A stretch of 44,010 nucleotides of DNA from Rhizaria sp. SCN 62-66 (lineage: Eukaryota): positions 124,001 to 168,010 of the forward strand of contig MEDY01000015.1 in assembly GCA_001724265.1 (NCBI GenBank), read 5' to 3'. Both the position numbers and the translations under genes were made by a program. The notes under the pieces are model-generated. The model worked only from the letters and a program-made list of their open reading frames with translations, was not told the origin of the DNA and did not search any database. Below are positions 12,668 to 22,800 of the stretch, piece by piece (the stretch's first letter is position 1; every line of letters begins with the position of its first letter).

Positions 12668-13820
12668 GCTCTCTCGCACTAGAAGATAAAGGGCTGTGCG
12701 CATACAAAAAACACACAGAAAAGAACAGTCAAGGCGTGGGGCAGGTGAGCGTGACGAAGAAGACGGAGTGTGGAAGGAAAATGCGACGGCTTGCAAGCAA
12801 TTAGCGAAACTTTGTCTGACTTCCATCTTGGTCTGTTAAAGAGCGGTAAATTAATTTACCAAGAGAACGCTACAGTTAATCTCCCTTGTAATTGCTGGTT
12901 TTTAAAGTTGCTTGGTCGTTTCCAACGAATTGATCTTCGCAATTTCGCTGCCCGTTGTCCCAGCGAGAGCCGTTGCCAGCGCGAGCGCAGACCCACAGTC
13001 ACTCCACTCGAAAAACACGTTCCACAACGATTTACGGTACGTAACTAACTTCATTTCTTTTGAAATTGTAGCAAATAATCAAAAACTACTGTTCATTTCT
13101 GGTGCCTCTACCTTTCTATTCTTTCGACCTAGTTGCGTTTGAGTATTCTGCATTTAAGAAACAGTAACATTGCGTTACTGTAGCGTTTGAGTGGTGTGCG
13201 TCGCAGCATCAACAGTATTCAACATACTTTTGCGTTTATAATTAATGGCAGATGTGTAGATATCCCATGGATATGTTTTGTCTAAGTATGTGCAGTTCTT
13301 GTGCGCGTTCCTCAGCGCCACGTTCATAACTAACTAGCCGTTGACGCTTCAAATCGTGAGATACCTAACATGTTAGCTATACTAACTAACTTGATATACA
13401 ACCGTTTCCTAATAGAATCAACTCAGACACAACAGGAAATTTTGCACCGCGTTCTAGAAAGCGTTGTTGTGTCCTACAATAGTGTCGCGACTAATCAGCA
13501 CCTCTAGTTCGATTTACTGGCATCTGTCATGGAGGATTTGGTAGTATAGGCTGTCGACCCATGCAAAAAAATACACATTGGAACACAAAAGTCATACATG
13601 TGTGTCACAAACCCGTTTCACCAACTCACACTAGTTGTTCGACGCATGTAACCTTGGTGGATGTGAACGTTTCGGCGATTCTCAGAAGGGGTAACGTTCA
13701 CAAGAACGAGATTATCTCACGATAATCACAAACTTAGCCAATGAGATTTTGATATTATGTTTACACTGATATAAACCACGCAAATACATGACTGATTACG
13801 CAACTAATCGTGATATATCT

Positions 13821-13909
13821 GGATCAAATGATGTTGATAACCACGCTTCCGGACAAGTTAAGCCGCTGAGTCGTCGCTCGGTCAATGATCGGGGTCGGCT
13901 GATTGATTT
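13821..13909 (+). ncRNA. Candidate box C/D snoRNA with an 18S rRNA guide
   Basis: Boxes occur in canonical order: C-like ATGATGT (13828), D' CTGA (13866), C'-like ATGATCG (13885), D CTGA (13899). The terminal stem is ATCAA/TTGAT. CAAGTTAAGCCG directly before D' is complementary (one G-U pair) to the conserved 18S sequence CGGCUUAAUUUG. Confidence 0.6.
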
Positions 13910-14355
13910 GCTCCACATAACGTTTCTATGTCCGTCAAGCCACATCGGAACATACTTTCCGATTTTGCTGTGTTGTTTCAAATATACTCCTAAAATAGCA
14001 TTGCTTGGGATTGCTTTTGGGGGGCTCTATGCTTGGTTTCATCTGAGATCACCCTGTCACATCATGCCATTCGTGGTTTTTCGTGATGTTGTTGCTTTAG
14101 CCATTAGTTTCCCAATATTTAAGTTTATTTTTACATAATCTTTAGCCATGCACAACCATTTTATGTACTGCGGCTTCTACTGATTACTGTTGTACACCGT
14201 GAATCCCGTTCTTGCGTGTGCAGACTTCCGATCTCCCATCATCCGGTCTTTGGTCCCGTCATTTTTCCGTCCCTACCCAGTCACCAAACCCGTTTAGTCC
14301 CAGCAAGTTTTTCACATCTAAGTATTTAAAATCTCTGCTTCCATTCTGCCGTAGC

Positions 14356-16086
14356 ATGCTTTCCCGCTCTGGCGCCTCCCTGGCCGCCACTGTGCGGCTC
14401 GCCTCCCGCAGCGCCACTGCTGCTGCCACAACTGCGCCTCGCTTCTCCGCCGCCGCCGCCGCTGCCACCGCCTCCACCACCGCCTCCGCCTCCGCCGCCG
14501 CCGCCCCCGCGGCCGACTCTGTTCCCACGATTACTGCGAAGGACGTCATGGCGGCGTACCAGCGCATCAAGGGCACTGTCGTGCGCTCGTCGCTTCAGGA
14601 GTCCCCCGCGCTGAGCAAGCTGACCAACTGCACGCTCTTCCTCAAGAACGAGCACTCGGCCTCCGTCACGGGCTCCTACAAGGAGCGCGGCGCGCTGAAC
14701 AAACTGCTGCAGCTGACTTCCGAGGAGCGCGCCAAAGGCGTCATCTGCTCCTCGGCCGGCAACCACGCGCAGGCCGTGTCTTACCACTCGACCCGGCTCG
14801 GCATCGACGGTGTCATCGTGATGCCGACGACGACGCCGCACGTCAAGGTCAAGAAGACCGCGGACTTTGGCGGCCGTGTCGTGCAGAGCGGCGAGTCGTT
14901 TGCGGAGGCGTACGAGTTTGCGCGCAAGATGTGCGATTACGAGGGGCGCACGTTTATCCACGCCTTCGATGACCCGCAGATCGTGGCCGGCGCCGGCACC
15001 GTTGCGATTGAGATGATCGAGCAGAACCCCTTCCTGGACGCCATTGTCGTGCCCGTCGGCGGCGGCGGGCTTATCGCGGGCATGTCGCTCTTCATCAAGA
15101 GCGTCAACCCCCGCATCAAGGTACGAACACACACACGCTCGCCGCAGTCTATGCACTGCTTTTGAAGACATGATCGCGTTCATTCTACAATTCATCAAGC
15201 TGAATTTTATTGTGATTGATCTTTATCAATTTGTTTCACCTCTACCTAATCTCATCTTTGCGTTCTATCATCATTGTGATTTTCCTCAGGTCTACGGCGT
15301 GGAGGCGGCTGCGATGCCGGGAATGCACCACTCGCTTGAGGTCGGCCACGTCGACCCTGTGCGCAAGCAGGGCACTATGGCCGACGGCATTGCCATTGAG
15401 CGCGTTGGCCAGGTCCCCTTCAAGCTCATCCAGCAGTACGTCGACGACATCGTGCTGGTGAGCGAGAACGAAATCGCCGCGGGCGTGCTGGCCATGCTCG
15501 AGCTCGAGAAGTCCGTCGTCGAGGGATCCGGCGCCAGCGCGCTCGCCGCGCTCATGCACGATAAGATCCCCGGGCTGGCGGGCAAGCAGGTCGGCGCAGT
15601 CGTCTCGGGCTCCAACATCGACATGACCCTGCTGGGCCGGATCATCCAGAAGGGCCTCGTCAAGTCAGGACGCATGGCGCGCATGTACGTCGACACTTCG
15701 CTCTATATCTGGGTCATATTTTTTATTTATTTCCTTTAAATTGCGTTATTTATGTATCATTAGTGCTTATTGATTCTGCCACTCAATCTTATTAATGATT
15801 ACGACTTATCATGTTGACATTTCCTGACTTTTATGATCTTCTTCTTAGCTGCGTGACTATCCGCGACGTGCCGGGCGAGCTGGCTAAGATCTGTCAGATC
15901 TGCAACGACCTTCGCGTCAACATCATGGAGATCAAGCACGAGCGCGCGTTCCTGCTCGACACCGTGGGCATCACTCAGCCCGTGCTCGACGTCGAGACTA
16001 AGGGCTTCGACCACATCAACCAGCTCGTGGAGCACCTGCGTGGCGCCGGCTTCATCGAGACGCGCGTCGAGACGCCCTTCCACTGA
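14356..16086 (+). CDS. PLP-dependent threonine/serine dehydratase with a single C-terminal ACT domain and a mitochondrial-type presequence (465 aa, 3 exons)
   Basis: Exons 14356-15120, 15290-15684 and 15849-16086. Motifs TGSYKERGA (PLP lysine), SSAGNHAQ, VPVGGGGLIAG, MADGIA, VEGSGA and SGSNID. ACT segment IRDVPGELAKI..VNIMEIKHER. The N-terminus is Arg/Ser/Ala-rich with no acidic residues. Ends in TGA. Confidence 0.95.
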
Positions 16087-16895
16087 GCGAAGCGACCGTC
16101 ATGACGTGTATGGGATGACAGCGATGCGGTGGACTTGCAAGATGCGCTATGATCTTTGTTGTTAGTTCTCTTCGTTCTTGTTTCAGCTTGTGTGTGGGAA
16201 GTCTGCGTTTGTGGAGAGAGTCGCTTTTTCAAGGTACAAAAGAGGCGTTCTTATTTTTCCTTCTTCGCAACACACCTAATTACCAAATCATCTTAAGTTG
16301 AAACCGTGATTGTTGATATTAAGCGCATATAGGGCCTTTAGATAAGAGCCAATGTCGCTAATTGTTTGTCTTCGGATCATATTCTATTTTAAAACACATC
16401 ATGTGTGAAGTCATGGGTTTTCTCATTATTATGGCTATTAATACAACGCGCTTTTAATACATCTGGCGTTTTCACACAGTAACTAAAATAAATCCTGCGC
16501 ACTCAAGCGTTCCCGCCGCAGCACAGCCTTGCGTGCGTTTATTGCATACTAGAATACTTCTAATCATTCCGCCTTTGTCAGGTGAACGTATCATCTCAGT
16601 CATACCAATATCGCGAGGATCACCTGTTCAATGCCGGCATCTTGTCTAATCCACGCACACATTCGTGTTCACTTGTTTGACTTCGCGTCCGAATCCAGTT
16701 GATACTAAATGAAAGTACAGCTCGCAGGACTAAGATCGTAACTATTAATTCTATTTATTATACATGCTTGTGCTGTATCACGGTTACAGAGCTATGCAAC
16801 GGCGTGCCTCATATCGCCACATACGCCTGTCCAAACAGAAAGTATTCTCTTTTGTTATCTAAACCATGGTTTCAAGTGGCTTGCTCCCGTGTGTA

Positions 16896-19800
16896 TCAGG
16901 CTGACATAGCAACTAGAGCCGCATCTGCGCACACTAGCAGCGACAACGCCATCCGCCGGCGTTGCGCTGTACTCACTGTGGGTGCGTTCGCAGATTGGGT
17001 GACGAGAGTCACGCTCCCAATAACCTGTTTCGCAAGCTCGCGTAACGCAGTCCTAGCAGCGGTAGTCGCGGGGACTGAGGTCTGTAAGCTACTATTCACA
17101 CCTAAACCACCAAGACTCGTGATTGCATTCGCAACTGCAGATACAGTCGCGTCCGTAACAGCTGGGACCAACAGCACTAGCCGCAGCGGCAAAAGCAGCC
17201 TGCGTGCAACAAACGCTAGTGAACTCGGCCTGAGCTGCATCAACAACCAGCAGCACATAACGATTCCTGTGGCCCGCGACCGTCCCTTATTGACAGTCAC
17301 AGCACTCAAAGTCTCAGCAAAACCGTGAGAGGTATCCGCACACGAGCTGGAGTTAGAGTTGCACTCAGTTGCAAGCGTAGACAGCAGAGTGGTGTCGCGG
17401 GCCGCAGCGTCCGCACTCTCTGCAGTGAGCAACGTTATAATCACTGGGTCAATCAGCGCCGCCAAGGCAGCGCCAGGCTCGGCAGCGCGGGCAAAGGCAG
17501 CGAGCATGCGGGCGCCGCGGGGCATCGGCGGCTTCCTCTGTCCGTGACTGTGAACAAACTCCGCAGAGGCGACGCTAGATGCCGCTGGGACAAGAGCTGT
17601 GGAGGATGCGACCGTGAGCAGCGGTGCGCCTGTCGCTGCCGCTGTAATCGCAAGCTGAGGGTTCGCCTCCAAATGCGTCGACACGGGCATTCGCAGTGTC
17701 AGCGTTGGTGGGGCAATAGCGAGGTTCCTCAGTGCGGCCAGCGCACGCGCGGCAACAACGAGTGCGACTGCGGCCGCGCGCGCGCGGGCGGCTAGCCGCG
17801 GTGCCGTGAGGCGGCGGCCGCAGCGGGCCAGCGCCGTCACCACTGCGGTCGCGGAGGCGGCGGCGGGCGCGCGGCGGAGCTTGAGCCGCAGCAGGGCGGC
17901 GGCGAGAGCAAGCAAGCGACCAGAGACAGTGCGGGCGACGCGGCTGTTACGAGTTGCAGTGACTAATGCCGGGACACCAGACACGGGGGTAGCTGAAACC
18001 ACCGCTGTTGCAGCCGCGCTTGCCGCTGCAGCGGTGGAGCTTGCAGCCGCGATAGGACGTAACCACTGCGGGAGCATGAGAGACATAACATGACTCCGCA
18101 TTCGCTTCAGCGCAGCGGCACGCGCACGGGCTTGGGTAGCACCACTGGTGTTAATGCTACTGTTGATGTTGTTGCTGTACTGACCCAGCGAAGCGAGTGC
18201 GCTCGCAACAACGTCACTCACAGTCGAGTCCGGAGCATTTGCGTTTGCAGCAGTGTCACTTGTAGAAGCAGCGTTGGGCGTTGATGCCTTTGCGTTGTCT
18301 TGGCTAAGCCCAGACGTGAGCACAGCACGCACTGCGTCTGCGGCGTAGCGGCCACTGAGCCCCCCTTTACCTCCACGGCTATTGCGCCCATTAAGGGTCT
18401 GCTTAGAGATTAAAAAGCTCTCCGTACACTCAGAGCAGCCGTCAGCCTTACCAAAGGACTTATCGCAGTCGTCACCGTTGTGACCAGACTTCCCGTGCTT
18501 GGGTATAGGCTTCGATGATACGCCACACTTGGACTCAATCTTCTTAGTCCAGCGCCTGATGTTATAGAACGCGGTGTACAGAGCAAGCATGTTCAATGCG
18601 GCCGCAGCAGGCAACGGTCCAGCCAGCAGCCCCCACACAGAAGCATTGCTTTTCTCAGCTGGGACCGTGTTGTCAATCGACTCGGTCGCAACAACCACCG
18701 CGCTGGGATTGCTAGCAGCTGCGCCGCCGTTGTCATGGAGAGATCGTTGTTGCGCCCAGCGCGGCGCTGCTGCAAGCAGTTCAAATGCCCTCATCATATT
18801 TCCGTAAGAAGTCCCACTCGTATCGCGAGAGCTCGACTGCGGGTCAGCAGTACCGTCGGATTGCACCCCGTTGCTAGACGCGCGCACAGCAGCATTCGCC
18901 GCCGCCGCCACAGCCGCAGCGGCAACCGTGACCGAGGACAACAGCGCGCCTGCCCGCGCCACGGTCCGCGGCCGCAGCACGACCCCCGCCAGCGCCAGCG
19001 CCCGCGCCGCAGCGGCCGCGGCAGTCGCGCCGGCGCTGTGGCCGCGGCGGCGGTGCAGCGCGAGCGGGAGCAGCCGGGAGAGGCGCGAAGTGACCGTGAG
19101 CAGAGCGGGGAGGACGGCGGAGAGCCGGCGCAAGTGGGCGCGGGTGGAGAGTGACTGGGCGGCGGCCAGTGCGGCGGCCGACGCAACGGTGGCCACGACG
19201 CGGCTTGTGTCTGAGACATCTTTGCTGCTGGAGCTCGCACTCGAATTTGCGCTAATGCGTTGATCAGTGAGATTAGGAGTTGCTCTGATGAGCGAGGAGA
19301 ACACAATCTCTACGTCGTTGTACGCAGGGAATACGTAGTGATTTTGTGGTTGCTTTTGACGGGCCTGAATGAGTCGGTCAAGAAGAGCAGCTGTTGCAGT
19401 AACGAGACTGTTCCCGGCATTGCTTAGAGTCGCATTAGCAGCCGACGAACAGTGAGCGAGCGCAGTCAGGTAGATGTCACAGATGCGGAGCACTGCAGAC
19501 CAGGACGCACCCGCACAAGCAGACTCTGCTGCAGTCGCAGTCGCCGCGCCGACACTGCCGGCGCCATCGTTGTTGATGTTCGCAGAGACGGGCAGAAGTG
19601 AAGCGAAGCTCCTGTGAGCACCCGCGAACAACGACATCAGAGTGGAACTTACGTCGGATGCGTTCGACGCTGACGGACGAGAAGAACGAGACAGAGGAGC
19701 AAATAATACCGCTGCAGCTGCTGGGTTCGCCACGATAGCATCGACAAGAGCCAGCGCAGCGGCGGAAACAACCGAGGCGTCAGTTATTAGAGTCGGGTTG

Positions 19801-22800
19801 GCTTCTGAGGATGGGAACACGATGCTCGCTATGGCGTCCGCAATATCACCGACCCCAGCTGGCACAGCCGAGACGGTCGTGATGGTTTCCGGGTTGGTAT
19901 GCGGAATAACAGGCATGGCCACAACGGTGCCTGCCGCGGAAGCAAGGCTCGTCAACACTGCAGTGAGCGTATGCAGTCCGGCCTGGCGCAGCGCCAGTGC
20001 AGTCACACAGCCGCCGCGTCCGCCGTGCCGTTGCTTATGGGCTTTAGCCGCATTGATACGAAGTGCGGACGTCGCGGCGGACGCGGCGGCAGCAACGGCC
20101 GTGACACAGCGCGAATGTAGAGTATCTGTCAATACCGCAACACTGACCAAGTCAGCTGACTGTGACGGCGGCTGTTGCGGCATCGGCAGCTTTGTCCCAG
20201 CCAACACCGCCGCAGTGGCAGGCGATGAAAGCAACACTGTCGTCGCAGTCGCAGCGCCACTCGCCGCGACAGCACGCGGACCGACAAACCCGCCTCCAAC
20301 AGGTTCCTTATCTTGCTCCCGACTTGGAGACAAGGCGAAGGCAGACGGAGTCGCAATGGCGCAGAGCCGCGCAGCGAGCAGAGCCACGCCCGGCACTGTG
20401 AGGACGGAGAACTCCAGCTTCGGCGCCGCGTACTCGCTCCCGTTCTCAGTCTGACCGGCCACAGAGCCTGCCGCTGTCGGCGTTGCGGTCCCTGCAGCGT
20501 TAGAAACAGCAGCCGTATGCGGCGCAGCATGGTGGTAGGGGGCGAGCCAGCGGGGCACGGTGGCGGCGGGCGGCGGCGGCAGTGGCGCGCCGCTGTAGCT
20601 GCTGCTACTGACGACGGACGGCGCCGGGTGCACGCTATTGAGCACGTGAGAGGCTGAGCTGGAGCCGGCGTCGGACGCGGCCGCGGAGCCGGACTTGCTG
20701 CTGTGCGCGTCACTGTCGCCGGCCGCAGTAGTGCTGCTGCTGCTACTGCTGCTGCTCGTGAGATTATAGTACGACTGAGGTAAAACGCGTGCAGTGATGA
20801 TGCGACCGTCGCCGATACCCGGCACGACACGCATCAGCACAGGCTCCACAGCCTGAGCCGCATCCGCGGCTGCCGCCGTCGACGCTGACGACTCCACACG
20901 CCAGCTATGCGTCCTGCCTAGCGCGCTGGCAGTCGCAGCGGCCAGTGACGCCGGGCCAAGTAGCCTCCGCAGCCACGTCGCGGAGGGGTCGATCGAGCAT
21001 AGCAGCGCCAGGGGACTCAAACGCGCAGCCCATGGGGCGCAGCGCCCGTCACCAGTGCTGGCTAAGTAGCTGTCTGAGTCCCGGTCAAAGTGTCCAACGC
21101 CAGACGCTGAGTGCGGGTTAGCCTGGTCAGCCGAGATGCCGTGATACAGCGCGGCGGCGGACACGGCGCCGCGGCCACCGCAGCGCCGGCACGCGAACGT
21201 GCCCCGCGCGGGGCCCAGTCGCAACAGCGGCAGCAGAATGGCGTTGAGCAGCGCGGTCAGCACGCGGGGGCCGAGACCGGAGGCGGCGTGGCGCGAGGTG
21301 AGCCGCGCCAGCATCGCGTGCAGCGTGTGGGTAAGCACCAACAGCAGCGGCGGGGTGACTGTGGGCAGGTAGGCTGTGGCGTCACCGGGGGCGGAGCCGA
21401 CGCCGAACGCGACTGTGGCGGCAGCAGACCCAGTCGATGAAGCCCTGTTGGCATGGGTCGACTGTTGCTGTTGGAGCAGTGCAAGCTGTAAGACGTTAAG
21501 GTTCAGCTCGGGCGTGTAGCATGACGAGGGAAGACCAACTGGTGAGCCCAGGACTTGGGTCGGGCCAGCGCTCTGAGTCTGCTGAATTGCGCTTTGCTGC
21601 GCGGCGTTGCCATCACTCTTGGCGGCGGCGCTTGAGACAGGGAGGCCGGTCGACGGCAGGAACTTGAAGTGCACGCCAGGAGTCAACGGAACAGTTACGT
21701 CACTGTTGCTGTTAGGCCCATTGCTAACCTTTAGCAGGAACACGGATGAGTCCTCAGCGTCAGCCACACTCGAAGCGCCACCGTTCACTGTCGCAGCTTT
21801 GACGAGCGCCTCGCCCGCGTCCGTGAGCATGAACGGCAGCGGCAGCAGCACGCGGCCAGCGCGGGACGGTGTCGGGCAATAGCACCGCGCCACACGCCAC
21901 TGCGCACTTGCAGACGACGGCGACGACTGTGGCGACTGTGGTTCAGCGTGAGGCTGCTGGCTTTGCTGCTGTTTGTGGTGCAACCAAGCGATCTCTTTGT
22001 CAGCGTCGCCGCCTTCGCCCCAGATCTGGCTCATCAGCCGCGTTGCAATGCCGACGATCTGCAGAGCTTTCTCGATACCGCCGCCGGAGACAGCACCAAA
22101 CCCTGCACACGCAGCGTCAAAGCCGGGGACTGAGACGCCGGTGTTGTGGAGCTGAGTGGCGTCATTGCAAGCAGTGCCGTCAAGCTCTTGTGGCTGCTGC
22201 TGCTGCGTTGCGAGCGTGTCCGAGTAGTCTGGGTCGGCGCACGACTCGCCCTCGCCGCTCTCCGCCGCCTCAGCAATCGCGGCCGCGAACAGGCCCGGTA
22301 ACAGCCGCAAGAACGCAGCCGTGCGCGCCGGCGCCGCAGCGGCCGCGGTGGCCGTCAGGGCGCGCGCCAGAGAGCGGCGCAGCGGCCGCCAGTAGCCGCG
22401 TGCAAGCAAGTCCGACGCCGGCGTGCGTGCCAAGAGCAACGCGGCGAGGAGGCGCGAGCGTTCGCGGGACAGAGATGCCGCCGCGGCGGCGGTGAGTACA
22501 GGCGATGCGGCGCAACGACCGTCGTTGTTTTTGCAGTTGTTCTTGAGTTGAGCGGAGCCGACCGCGGTTGAGACAGCAACTTCATCGGCCGCGGCAGTGG
22601 CAGCGACCAAGAAAGCTTGCTCGCGCGCGCGGCCCTTGGCGAACGCGGTGGTCGTGGTATGCAGTGCGTGGGTGAGTTGCAGCGGCAGCAGTGTGCGCAG
22701 CAGGGACGCGCTCTCTTCGCTATTGCCCGCCGCGTTAGTGCTTACCACAGTGTCGACACCGATGTTCATTCCAGCGGCGCCGGCGCCGACGTGAGCGTTG

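Noticed and set aside
13788-14138. 116-aa ORF with a hydrophobic C-terminus
   Set aside because: AT-rich with no codon bias, and it overlaps the better-supported snoRNA candidate.
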